DNA from: Takakia lepidozioides
Taxonomy: Eukaryota; Plantae; Bryophyta
DNA length: 64,000 nt
Reading direction: 5' to 3'
Assembly: GCA_030704615.1 (NCBI GenBank)
Contig: CM060732.1
Span: 66,464,001-66,528,000, forward strand
Position numbers and translations under genes: made by a program. Shown one piece after another: positions 12,901 to 24,833 of this stretch; position 1 is the first letter of the stretch, and each line of letters begins with the position of its first letter. Under the pieces are notes generated by a model. It ran no database searches and was not told where the DNA came from. It saw only the letters and a list, made by a program, of their open reading frames with translations.

Positions 12901-14066
12901 CGGCCCTCAAACTGCAGCGAGGTCCACATGGGTGTATCCTTTAGCTCCGTATGTTGTACCAGTTACGAGCCTGCCAGCCGCCACCTAGCTCTCCAGAGCT
13001 ATGAGATGACTCGGGGACTTGGAAAACAGTTGAAGACTTTGAAGGGAAAGGTTCACAACTGTGTGAGCGAAAAGCTTGGATGGAAGAGGTGTAAGGAGAT
13101 CTGCAATAACCATTTCTGCATGTCTCTAGAGAACATACATTATTGCCAGACAGAGCTCCCAGGCGTTACATTGGGTCTCAAGGGAATGAGAAGTGCCCTA
13201 AGATTGCACGAAGAAACGCCCGGGAAGAGACTAATCAATCACGACTTCTTGGTTATTGAGATTCATACTAACAGCGAAATCCAGCCCAAGATATTTTTGA
13301 GAGCAGAGAAATGCTGTGGGGGCGACAAAATTGGAATTGTTATCGGTGTTCACGAAGAGTATGAAGCGGAAGCCGCGAAGATCTGTCTGTTTACGGTAAA
13401 ATGCGAGAGCAAGATAATTGGGATGGAAGATCTGTTCGAAGTGCTGGCAGACCAGTGTCCGGACTACAGCGCGATAGAGCACAATTGTTGGGAGTACGCG
13501 AGGTCGACAACAAAGCGGCTGTTGAAAGCATGCCAACGTTTGCCTCGGGTCAATAAGCAAGAGGAGAAAAGACTGCAGGAGGAGATAGATTCGGTGGAGG
13601 CACGCATAATGGGCAACTTAGTGACCTACAATGGAATGCTGATAGCCGCCTCCGCAGTAGTCATCGCAGTCCTCGACTGGATCAGTAGTCGTTGTTATGT
13701 TCTGGGTGCGCCTTATTAGAGTATCCGAGGGAGAGGTTGATTGGTTTCCGGAATGTAAGATGTTCACTTGACGTGAAGATCATTAGCATCAGAAAACTAG
13801 AACACTGTTATTAGAAGTTTTGCACTGGTTTTATCCACCAACCTGGTAGAGCTGTATGCTCTGTAAATCTCCAAGTTTATCTGTGTATGAGAGCGTGAGG
13901 TACTCCGCCTTCATTCAACGTTTCGGAAATTGGACTTGTTCTTTGTTGTTGTTTATCCCCATGTGGTGTCGCATGGGCTGTTTGGGCTTCAAGGGGCCGT
14001 TAATAATGTCTTTGCACTCTCACATGCTTCTCTCCCTCATAAACACTGCAGTCAAGTGATATGATA
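6942..14066 (+). repeat. Tandem segmental duplication, copy A (paralogous to the interrupted copy B at about 16718-55677)
   Basis: Visible matches: 6942-7082/16718-16854, 10370-10750/16960-17395, 11330-11950/17999-18690, 11970-13150/32374-33055, 13595-14066/55098-55677. Confidence 0.85.
12928..13719 (+). CDS. Putative permuted NlpC/P60 papain-fold protein (LRAT/PLAAT- or PPPDE-like), single exon, 263 aa
   Basis: Uninterrupted ORF. His strand INHDFLVIE precedes [12 protein letters not shown] (Y-x-h-x-x-N-C-x-x-aromatic). MGVSFS myristoylation-like start followed by CC. C-terminal hydrophobic helix LIAASAVVIAVLDWI. A paralogue with the same motifs starts at 32807. Confidence 0.7.
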   Translation: MGVSFSSVCCTSYEPASRHLALQSYEMTRGLGKQLKTLKGKVHNCVSEKLGWKRCKEICNNHFCMSLENIHYCQTELPGVTLGLKGMRSALRLHEETPGKRLINHDFLVIEIHTNSEIQPKIFLRAEKCCGGDKIGIVIGVHEEYEAEAAKICLFTVKCESKIIGMEDLFEVLADQCPDYSAIEHNCWEYARSTTKRLLKACQRLPRVNKQEEKRLQEEIDSVEARIMGNLVTYNGMLIAASAVVIAVLDWISSRCYVLGAPY

Positions 14067-15769
14067 TCCTCGATGATATCTGTAGATGTCGTGCAATGGA
14101 AGGGAGGACTGCGCAGCGCCAACTTTGATAACCGCCCATCACCAGTGCAGGTCACGCTCTTCCAGGAATTTGCATTTTATCACACAATTATCGAACTTCA
14201 CTTTCGTACTTTCACTTTCGTACAACTTCATAGAAGTGGAATCCCTGTTCAAAACTGACTCTGTTCATCGGAAGAAAATACAAGTTTTAGTGGAAAACAG
14301 TACAATGCCTGGTGGTCTGGAAGAGGATTCCCAAAAGAACTTCAAGAAATTCGAGAACCTTTCGATCGTACTTATGTAGCCCAAATGAGTGTATCGAGTG
14401 GATATACTCAAATTTCCAGGTAGGTAGGAGATTTTGAACTTGAAGCAGCCGGGAAAGGTGAGTCACACATAATTCTGCGAGGGTTTTTTGATTTGTGCTT
14501 TGTAAACAAACCCAGAAAGTACATCTGCCCCTTCTCCAACCCTTATATAAACATTGAAGTTGGTTGAATGTCCTGCTCTGTTTTCTTGGTGAGGTGCGCA
14601 TGGATGTAAAGAAGATGATAGTGGAGATGTAAGAATTCAGGAGCTAAGCCGAAGAAATGAAATAAAATGGTGCTTTATAACGTCTGCGGAAAGCTCATAG
14701 AGCTTATGGGACAAAATGGAAGAAAACATGAGGAAACAGAACCAGAGGCAAGAATAAGAACTATTGCTCGAGTGATTGTCTAAGGGTGAAGGCCTCGTGC
14801 AGGCAAGCTGCCAAGCATTTCTAAAGAAAGACAGAGAAACTTTGTAATGTGTGAGAGAGAGACGATGAAAGCGGGTTACAAGATGAACTGCTGAAAAGGA
14901 CGCGGATGAAGTGTAGTCGGAGCAGAGTTTGACAGTCGAGAGGGGATGGGCTGGACGGCATAATTTTTGGTTGTAGAGAACTCATCAAGATTACACTGGA
15001 GTCATCCTTCTTGACACTGTAGTTGTAGTTACAGTGCTAGTTACTTAAGCATTGAGAGCAATGGGCTCTGCTCTATTTTAGTCCTCATGTGTTTGTACGC
15101 TGCTGCAGATGTGTGAGGCCAGCACTTACCTTGGTCCTAAGGTTTACTGCTGTAGTGACACTGTAATGAAGCTGAGTGTGTGGGTCACTAGATTAGCATG
15201 AGCAGGTTCTGTCAGCCGGTGTATCTTTTCATGGTCACTAATATTGTTCTAGTCTTTATGATACTATGCTTGTAAGGTGCTGACACAAGTCTTTGTGTCT
15301 AGTAGATGTGTATCTTTCTTGAGCTTGCATGTGGAAAGTGTTGCCAACTACTTCTCACAAACAATAATAATGTGAAAAAGATCATATATGTTGCAAGGCG
15401 TCTGGTTGTGCTTAGGGCAGCCGTAAAAGAGAATGCTCTCACTTGGACGTTCTTTAGCCTTCCGCCCCAGGAGTGATCAAGTAGTTTGGAAGAGCAATGA
15501 AAGCCTCTAAGTTGGTCAATCTGCCTTCTCTTAGCAGCCTTTCTGTAGACCCATTGGCCCTCGTGGCCCCCTGCGGACGTCGCAAAGCTTCTTTCGTTTT
15601 TTCTATCTTCCTCTGTCCGATGAGGGGCTTCGTCTCGAGGCGACACTTTGGGGTTTGCTTAGCACGTTCTTAAATTTATGTTGTACTCCGCTCTGCGCGA
15701 TTTTTCCCATAACCTCTGTTTTCTACTGAGTCCCACGGACCCATCCAGGCATCCTATGCACGCAGACCG

Positions 15770-16430
15770 CAGATTCATCTTCAACCAACAGGAAATTGAG
15801 ATTGTCAAATCATACCAATACCTGGATCAGGTTATCCACTCTGCCAAATTCCAGGTTGCATCAACAGCCCTCGACAGTTGGCGAAGGGCAAGGCCGACTC
15901 CATCCGCCTTCAGGCCAAATGCAAACAGATACACCTGCGCCACCCCCAACCAAATAGTGGCTATTTGACAGCGTTGTCACCCCCGGCCGCCAAGTATGGT
16001 TGTGAGGTCTGGGCACATGGTATCCCAATTTTCTGGTGGGAGAAAAATCTGGAACCATTGCAGTCATTGCCATCTTTTCTCCAAGAAATGTTTGGCGCCA
16101 GAGGCACAACTCCTTCTCACATCAGGACTATGTGCAGAGTTTGCATGCGTGCCACTTCAAACCGAGGCACTTTTCCGGCTTACAATCTTTCTTAATAGGT
16201 TACAAGCCCTTCCACCCAAGGGGCTCGTGGCAAGAGCCCTCGCAACATCTTTTAGGCTCGAAATAGCAGGTTTCAAGCACTCCTGGTATGCTCGAGTGTG
16301 CAGTAGTTTTGAGCGTGGACTGAGTTTGATGGAGTACAGAAATTATGCATTTGCTGCTTTACAGATGAGGTCAATTATTCTGCATCACCAGGAATGGTGG
16401 GAGTGCGTGATTATTGTAGAACCTGGATGA
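15770..16430 (+). mobile_element. Degraded non-LTR retrotransposon (LINE) RT C-terminal fragment
   Basis: FIFNQQEIEIVKSYQYL (YxYLG-like), PAAKYGCEVW (PxxxYGxExW) and LCAEFACVPL, spread over three frames. Confidence 0.6.
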
Positions 16431-18702
16431 AGTCGTCGTTTAGCATAATTTCTTTGCTCAATGTATTGTCACTCGTAAGCAAGGGGAACGATCCAACGAT
16501 GCATACCTAGTCTATATATGAAATCCTCTTGCCAATGCCTGCTCAGAACCACTCGAATTCAGAGGGACATGATGGCGTGATTTATTCGGTTGAACAGATT
16601 TGGTGCTGATTTGGTGAAGTCGTGAACAGGGCACTAATTGCCAAGAAGGGTGATCTCACAAAGGATGGAAACAACAAACAAGCTGGGTGGATGGAAAAAC
16701 GGGTCCCAATTCGAACGTTTGATCACGAAGAGCGTGGCGGGCTATAACTTAAGTGTGGTGGCGCAGCAGCGATGATCCAGGATCATATGCATGATAATAT
16801 ATGAAGCTCATCAAAGCTCTCAGCAGTGTGGCCGTAATCTTGCTGCATGTACCCTTGTATCCGGATCGATTACCTTTGGCGGCATAACAGGCGCACTGCT
16901 CAGATTATCTCAAGATTGTCTCATCTAAATAAGCGTATGCTTGTTAATTAGCTGTTTCGATTGTTAGATCTAAACCAGGTTGATGAGGCGCTTTTGTAAC
17001 TTGGATAGACAAGGATGTTAATGGACCCTGACTGGGCAGTTGGTTGTTCACGAGGATATTTTCCAGCCGACTTTGTTGCAAGTGTTTGGGTGTTTACCAG
17101 CATCTCGCAAAATTTTGTTCGCGCACACGCACTGAATGCTCTACCGTCTCATAATTGAAGTTCTTAAATTCGTCTGTCGATTCGCAATCTCTCTAGAAGG
17201 TTAATGGGAAGCCCAGATTGTGTAAGTACTAAGTACCCTCTCCCATAATGCACTGCATGGGGATGCTGATAAGCTCAGCGAAAAAAAAGAAACAAACCAA
17301 AAAAAACCTCTTTCTCAGTTGCATGGCTGTTCGCTTTGTCAAGCTCCTCAATCCTGTTTTCAGCTCGTTTTCAAAGGCCTCTATTTTTCTCTTCTTACTT
17401 TCTGAGTCTCTGACCCCCAATACTCATGTGTGTGTATACCTATCAATTGGTGAGTACTGTGTGAGACTTACTACCTCATTATACTTACTCTTCTTGTGTC
17501 AATGCTTTCTGTAGCATGGATGTTGTCATCTAAGATTCTTGTACAATTCTCACAATAGCTACGATCTCCCGTCTCACTCTCTTGAAGTAGCGAGCTACGT
17601 TATAAAGGAACCTCGGATCTCCACCATTTAATACTACGGTACCGAATAATTATCATCGACACATCGGTAACAAAAGTCAGGCAGTTTTAAAAGCCGTCAG
17701 AACTAGAAGCATCAACTGTCCAGCTCTATTGTCACTACCTGCAAGTCCCCGTCTCTTCTTCTCTTCAGCTTGTTGTATCTCACAGCAGGTTTCTCTATGG
17801 CACGTTGCTCACTGCATTGCTCAGATCACGTTCACGAGTAGATTTACACTGTTCACAGAAGCATTCTGCCACAGGGGCCATTGTCAAGCTGCACTTCCAT
17901 ATCGTACGATACGCGTATCATCTGAATGAAATGTGAAACCGTTAGATTCAGAAAGCCTGAAAGGCTCACAGCAGCATGGGCCATTCTACCGTACAAGTTA
18001 TTCCTGACGTACGTCAAGCCGTTTGATGAGGCCAACACTCGTTCCAGGGACTCTTCGGAGGACAATGACATCCAATTTTTATCAGTATCATGTGTACAAC
18101 CTCAACTTGCCGCAGGCTTTTACCTTCCGAAATTATGAAACAGACCACAGACAGTAGCCAGTTCATAGAACATTTGGTCTTGGAGAATTAGCTTAGTCCG
18201 GCACATTGAATAATAAGATGCATTTGCACATTTGAGCACTCTAGTGCTTTATAACCTGAGAAAATACTAAAGTAAGATTGTGTATGGCGTCATCATCATG
18301 TGTGATTTGGATGTTTGAAAGTAGAGAACCGGGAGGGTCTTCGTAATAAATGCGACTGATTCTCCACTGGTCACAACAAATCCTAAGTCGATTAAGTTCA
18401 ACATGTCAACTCTAAGGTGCGCAGCCACAACGAATATTGGCTCTGGACAAATCTTAGAATGTAGGTAAAATTAAGCGGCAAACATGTGAATGGAAGGAAT
18501 CATTCATGAACATGGAAATACGAGTTCTGCTTTCAATCTTTGCACCTGAGGAAATAGTCTACAGGACAAGAGAGAGGGAACTCTATACCATGGAGGAGAT
18601 CACAATGTTTAAAACCACTCCCTTAGTGCACTCTGGACAAGCGATTCTCATCCTTCTTTTAATTGTTGGACGATCGACTGTTGTTGTTGATGGCAACCAA
18701 TC

Positions 18703-19294
18703 CAACGACGCAATGGCGTGAGCGCGCGAGCGTACGCTCACGCCAGCTGACGTGGCGTGAGCGTCATGTCAGCATGCTGATGTGGCGGTAAATGATGACG
18801 TGACACTGTCCGTCATCTGCCACGTCAGCATTAACATGCGCCGCCTATAACCGAGGATGGTCCTATGACCGTGGAATTAATGCAGGGAATCTTGCCTAAA
18901 TAGAATCAAGACGAGCATTGAGGCCTACAATTGCAGCATCCAACATTGTGCAATTACAAATGCTTGTTTCACTTTTACAATTACGAGAACAAAAAAATAT
19001 CCTCACAAAGTGTGCGCCATAAAGGCTGCCACGGGAAGACCTTCCTCCCTCCTCAAATAACAATGAGAGCTAGGATCATCTTCAAAAGATGATTGTAGTG
19101 CATAACGACAGCAAGACATGTAGACTTCGAACGGTGCAATGACAAATGTGCACTACCTAAAAGTTGTCACTCAGAGCTCACTCCGTATAGTTGGAGGCCA
19201 TATCATTGCACCGCCGACGAATTGATGTGAATTACACATTTCAAATCATGGTCCTCCACATACCACATTGCATAGTTGATGCTACCCATGTGTT
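18703..19294 (-). mobile_element. MULE terminal fragment (inverted near-identical copy of about 1898-2516)
   Basis: Reverse-complement match to the 3' end of the first MULE. Preceded by CAACCAATC (18694-18702). Joined to the Gypsy LTR through GTT microhomology at 19292-19294. Confidence 0.9.
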
Positions 19295-19543
19295 TGACAC
19301 CTGAACCGCCTTATCTTCACGAGAGCGGCAGTCGCGTAGCTCATCTCTCTCGAGTTGAGCCTGCGCGACCGAGCTCCTTCATGCGTTTAGATCTGAGTGT
19401 GCTTATGATGGGAGTGTAGGTTGTTGTGGGGTGGAGTCCCCATAGCGTGGGGTGCCCCTGGCTCGACTTCTATTTTAAAGAGTGATAGCGATGGATTTCA
19501 TATTTCTTGTGTTGAGAGTGTGTCCTTTTTAGCTTGTTTATCA
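19292..19543 (+). repeat. 5' LTR of Gypsy 1 (lacks the first ~190 nt)
   Basis: Matches 30567-30820 with 3 substitutions and one GT indel; ends TTTATCA. Confidence 0.95.
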
Positions 19544-19555
19544 CTCGAGAGAGAT
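19543..19555 (+). promoter_or_regulatory. Self-priming-type primer binding site of Gypsy 1
   Basis: ACTCGAGAGAGAT is the exact reverse complement of LTR-internal ATCTCTCTCGAGT (19343-19355). No TGG-starting tRNA PBS is present. Confidence 0.8.
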
Positions 19556-19641
19556 CAGCGTTATCTAGTGTGCTGGTGCTAAGCTAGATACAATGTTTGT
19601 TTTAGCATTATTATAATATATATCTTGGGGCGGGAGTCCAT

Positions 19642-19761
19642 CTGGCATCCCTGGTTGTGGTGGCTTCCTCTGGTGGAGGTGCTGCTGCTGCACCTGCCGG
19701 AGAAAAGGAGGAAGCGAAGGAGGAGTCTGATGATGACATGGGTTTCAGTCTTTTCGACTAA
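19642..19761 (+). pseudogene. Captured C-terminal fragment of a 60S acidic ribosomal P protein (P1/P2 type)
   Basis: Translates [39 protein letters not shown], the conserved P-stalk C-terminus. No N-terminal part is present. Confidence 0.9.
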
Positions 19762-21654
19762 GCTCGGGATGTAGTGTTGCAGCGCATCCGATGGTCTTTC
19801 GCAGTCGACAGTAGGTCGAGCCACAGCCGAATGGAAATGAGGTTGTTGGTAAACCCAATTGGAGAAGGTGCAGTTGATGTTATCTCAACTGCAAGTGGCT
19901 GCTGAGCATTACTTAACAGCCATTTTATACCTGCACTGGTGCTGGTAGAGGCTAGGAAGAAGGAGTGAGCTGGAAGATTCCCGCCCTTCTTCAAGCATGC
20001 TAGGCTCAGGGTGGAAGGTTCAACCTACGGCGGGCTGCTGGAGAGCTAGGAGGTCTGCCACCTATCAGCCTCTGCTCTAGCCTCTCCTCTGCTCTGCTCT
20101 GCCTATTCTTTGTGAGTTGGATTGTTCCACCGAAGGTAAAGCGCTAGCTGGGATTTGGTGACCAGCGATATTCCGCTAGCATGAGTGGGACTGGCTTCCT
20201 TTCCATGAAATATTAGGTCTCTCCCGGCTTGGGTTAGTTCCGATTTGCAGGGCAGCAAGTCTGCATTGTTTGTTGTCTCTCGCAATGGCCATTTGCTGCA
20301 GGGTTGGAAGTTCAAGGTCAGGCCCTCAGGTTCCCTTTTCGGGCCAATCTTTGCTGACATTCCAGAAAATCCATACTATGCTATCAGGGTTTTCTGCTTA
20401 GCAACAGGCTAGGTGAACCCTTCTCTTGTGAACCGCCTATACACCAACCCCTTCCTGCATTGGTTCCTTCAGGCACCAGTTACCTTCGTCAATTTGATTC
20501 CGGGGAGTGGGTGTGGAAAGACAAGAAACACAGCCCGTTTTTCAAGTACACTGTCAAATTGGACTATAGCCAGCCACTATGAAGGAGTAGTTGTGGGCTG
20601 GTTGATGTGAGGTTGTCTAGCTGCACATTGCGAGGAATCAAGCTTTCTTATCTTAGCAAATGGATGGACAGGGTCAGGCTAGATTTTCTAGCAAGTGCGT
20701 AAGCTGCTGTCCAGCAAGGAAAAGCTGATCAGCAGTAGAAGCATGAGATGCGGCGTGTGTGACTTGAGATAGATGTACACAGGGAAGGACCAGCCGCGTA
20801 GCCTGCTTTGCGATCAGGTCTTACATCAGGTCTAGGCGACAGTGGCGGCATTAATGTTTGTGAGACGGGGTGATCTCATATATTAACATTGCAGCCTAGT
20901 GAAGGAAGACCAGGTGAGGCTCTACATACATGACCAGCGGTGCTTTGATCCGGAGTTGCAGTTAGAAATTGTGAGACAAAAAGGAAAAAAAAAAAACATT
21001 GTAGTACATTTGGCATTTTGGCCACCAGCAGGTGCAGGTCCAATTATATCACTTGGTCCTTGAAGTGGTACACCAGGCCGAGCTTCTCCCTTTTGATTTT
21101 GCGTTCAGTTGGAAGCCCGCTATCAGTTCTCAAGATGGGGCAGCTTCATCCCATCGCCTTGGTTCTGTGCATGTCCCTGGTCATGGGGATGTAATAACCA
21201 CCCTAAGCCAGTTTAGAGTGGTGTTTGAGGTCCTGGAGAGCTTGAGCGTTTACAGCACCAGCGTATACTGTAACCCTCACTGCTATGGCGATCTTCAGGC
21301 TGCTCTTGGGGTATATCCCAATGGTCGATGAAGGTATTAGCACCACCTTGGAAATCACAAATTGAACGTGATGGTCTTATTGTTGTGGTTGATATGTATT
21401 TGCCCAGTACATGAATGGTTGCGGAAAGCCATCCTCGTTGTGGTCACTCTGACAGGGCAGTAGACATGGGCTCTCATACAACAACGATAAGATGGCATTG
21501 ATAGCAGCGCTTCAACAAGGTGTTCTCGTTCTGAAAATCCGGCATACCAATGAGGACATTACCTTTATCATGGTAATTCCACTGTGGAGAGATTGAGTTA
21601 AGAATCTAAGGAATTCTTAGGGAACCAGGGAACAGGGAACCAAGACAAGTATTG

Positions 21655-21688
<34 letters not shown>

Positions 21689-21852
21689 ATGTGTTATGTT
21701 TAAAAGAGCCTGGTTGGTCATATCTTTGTCAAATGAGCTTCGTTTGACCCAGTTTTTGAGGGGATAGCTGCAGAAAGGGGATATCTACCTATCTAGACCT
21801 GGTTTTTGTTTTTGGGACTCTGCTAAAAATCTATGGAATTTTTAGAGAGTGA

Positions 21853-22680
21853 GTGTGCCATGAAAGATCCACAATCATGTTTCTAGAACCTATTCTGGTC
21901 TACATGAGAGATAAATCCGGGGATGTACTCCTTGTATGGCTGGATGAGGACGTAATTGAAGGGCAGGTCTCTTCTCTTAGCCTGTGCACACAAGGGGACA
22001 GGATTTATGTTTCCCAAGGAACTCAGACTGATTTGAGTGGAGAACAGTTGGACGAGTTGATTGCATACTGGGAGTCAGGCATTAGCAGTAGACAACAGAC
22101 TGATGTAGTTGGCGTTGAGGGCCTCAATATCGCTTTGGACAGTCAGAACTCTGTTGGAGCCAGCAGTTCTGCAGCTGTAAGTGAAATACCAAAGTGGGTG
22201 AAAGCTAGGCTTGGAACACAGCCAAAGACAGCCCCGGGGACCAAGGTGTTCAGCCACAAAGCTGTGGTGTACTGGAGCAGAGGAGCAAGAGCTACACAAG
22301 TTTGTGCAATCAGACAGCGTTGCAGCCGGACACGCTCTGCACAAGGCAACCACGAGCAGGGGTTCATTAGCGAGGACAAGTTTGTTCTGTTTGAAGGAGA
22401 TGCAGTCATTCGCAATGAGGACACCCGCAACCGTCTCAAAGCTTTCGAGTTGAGAGACTATCAGACCCTACCTTTGTTTTCTTTAGTGTTCAGTGAGCGG
22501 GAGATAGCAGAGTGTTGCTTTGTCTCTACCTGGCAGAAAGAGGAGGAGGGTTGGTTAGAGCGAGCTACTGTAGCTTGGAACAAGGTTAGTGGCAGGTTTC
22601 TGGACATAGATATACCTCCTACACCTTACCATCATGCAGAGCGAGGCACTTTGAGAGAAGTCTGGAAGTTGATAGCATAG
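21853..22680 (+). CDS. Extra ORF of unknown function in the Gypsy 1 leader, upstream of gag
   Basis: 275-codon open frame (ATGs at 21877 and 21904) with protein-like composition. No motif recognised. Confidence 0.45.
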   Translation: MCHERSTIMFLEPILVYMRDKSGDVLLVWLDEDVIEGQVSSLSLCTQGDRIYVSQGTQTDLSGEQLDELIAYWESGISSRQQTDVVGVEGLNIALDSQNSVGASSSAAVSEIPKWVKARLGTQPKTAPGTKVFSHKAVVYWSRGARATQVCAIRQRCSRTRSAQGNHEQGFISEDKFVLFEGDAVIRNEDTRNRLKAFELRDYQTLPLFSLVFSEREIAECCFVSTWQKEEEGWLERATVAWNKVSGRFLDIDIPPTPYHHAERGTLREVWKLIA

Positions 22681-23259
22681 ATCAGGATTAGATCTTGCTT
22701 GGGCGGGCTTCTATTCTTCCCCTCCATCTCTGTACTATTTTCATTACCTTCTACTCGTAGTTGCCAAAGCCTCTCTTGGTGGAGGCCAGTCAGTCCGGGG
22801 TTTTGGGCTGGGATATTCTCCAGGATCAGCATTGCAGCTGGATTTTGGTGTGGGGGTGTTGATGTTTTGATTTCTTGTGTTTGGATCCCCCCCATCACTT
22901 GCATGCTTGACTGTGCGCCATGTTGGTTTTGTGTGGGCGCTTGCTTTCATAGGGATTAGGCCGGATTTGATCACCGGTCAATCCTAGAGTATGCTGTCGG
23001 TGGTGAGGCTGGAGTGATGACCAGCAAGACCACCAGTGTTTCTTCGATGGTGAGGCTGGGTTGATGACCAGCCAACCATAGGAGTTCTTGCGGTGGATGC
23101 AGGTGCAGGTGCCCTGAGCCATTGGGATATGACCCTTAGACTGCAACAGATGCCCACCCGTGTCACTATTAGATTAGTACTAGAGCCTTATAGTGTCACG
23201 TGGAGGAGGTGCACATTGTGAGTGTCATTACGGAGTTACCCAAGGGTTTTGAGGGGAGT

Positions 23260-24833
23260 ATAGCTACAGGCAGTAACAGTGAGAGTGGGTTCACAAGACG
23301 AGGTATTCGGTTCAGACCATCTTCACCGCCACCCTCAACTACTGTAGAGTCAGACACAGACTCGGAGGCTTCATCAACAAGTGTGTAGTTTCATTCGCCA
23401 TTGTTGTGGGACGACATGGAGGAGATGTATGGAGCTACCAAGGGGCCTCGTAGGTACTCTGGAGCTGTGGGCACAATCGAGTTGGATGACTTTATCCAGG
23501 AGTTCGACAGCTGGTGTGATTTGCAGCAAATGCGCAATCCACAGCTATTCACCCCATTCATGGCGTGAAAGGGACTGTTCCAGCATTTGGAAGGCCTGCC
23601 TATGGACCATTACCACGAGTTCAGGCGAGGACATGAAGCAGAGATTGAGGAGTGGAGGATGTATTGGTCACCTGACTACGTCTCCATTACTCGAGGCACG
23701 ACACGACCAGTAGCTGCATCAGTACCAATATCTCCCACTGCCAGCACTAGTAGTGGAGCAAGTAGTGCCGGTACTTCTGCAGGTGGTACCAGTTCAAAAG
23801 GTGCTACTACTCCTCCTGCCACGACTACAACACATGTGCCTAGATTCAACCCGATGGTGGAGTTCTTCCAGGAGTTGCGGAGGAACTACCAAGGTGTACG
23901 GACAGAGAAGCTGCGAAGTTTGCAAGACTTCCAACGTAAATCCAGTGAGAGCTTGCGAGAGGCCTACACTCGTATGAGGCGCTTGATAAGTGTGACCCAA
24001 GGGGTTACTGAAGCTCAGGCAATCCAGTTCTGGTATGGAATTTTGGACAAGGAGCTCAGGAGAAGGGTGCGGGATGCAACCCTGTTACAAGCAGCCCAAC
24101 CCACATTAGCATATGTGTTTCTGCTGGCTGAGCGGATTGAGCTCAACATGGTGGAGGAGCGAGTTGTTACCATTGGGTTTGGCAAGGACATGCATGCACG
24201 AGGCGCAGCTGCCAGCCCACAGGCACAAGGGACTGCCCAACAGCGTGGTCAGGGGGGCAAGGTTTCCCAACCCAAGTTCCATGGAGCTTACAGGGGACCT
24301 CAGGTGCAGAGGCCCGTGGCATCTTTTGCAGGCCAACAGCAACCAGGGATGATATGTTGGACATGTGGAGGACCCCATGTAAGAGAGATTGCCCAGAGAG
24401 TGGTAAAAGGCCGGCACAAACACAGCCTGCACAGTTGCAGTGTGGGCATTGTGGCAAGTATGGGCATGGAGATGCCCAGTGTTATGACTTGCATCTTGAG
24501 TTGCGCCCAGGCCAGTTCCAAGGGAACAATGGTGGCCGGGGGCGAGGTGGACCAGCCCTGAGAGGAGGAGGTGGTCGGGCACGAGGTGCAGGCCAAGGGC
24601 AAGCTCAACATGGCCAAGGACGCGGAGGTCGGGGTGTTGACCAAGGCATGGCCAACCGGCTTCAGCAGCTAGAGCAGAGGCTCGCTACCATGGCTACAGC
24701 TCAGGCGGTACCGGCTCCCAGGCGGGATGGTCCACCTCCTATTCCTGAGGGAGGAGATATGGGAGGCATGGGATTCATGTGCGGAGCAGCACTACCACTA
24801 GAGCAGGTGGAGTCTGCTGCAGCCGTGACTTGA
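23260..24833 (+). pseudogene. gag: gag of Gypsy 1 (capsid-like region, two zinc knuckles, RGG tract)
   Basis: LQDFQRKSSESLREAYTRMRRL; CWTCGGPH.KRDC and CGHCGKYGHGDAQC; GRG repeats. Stops and frameshifts relative to the homologue at 60976-62653. Start codon uncertain. Confidence 0.9.

Noticed and set aside
18506-18721. Duplicated 71-aa ORF (also 30977-31192) as a small gene
   Set aside because: It runs into the MULE terminus, and the frame is not preserved in the older paralogous region near 11770-11960.
19544-19565. tRNA-Met or other tRNA primer binding site
   Set aside because: There is no TGG start complementary to tRNA CCA; the sequence instead pairs with the LTR.
21030-21540. Possible captured host coding fragment in the Gypsy 1 leader
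   Set aside because: It looks coding-like in composition, but I could not recognise any protein in any frame.
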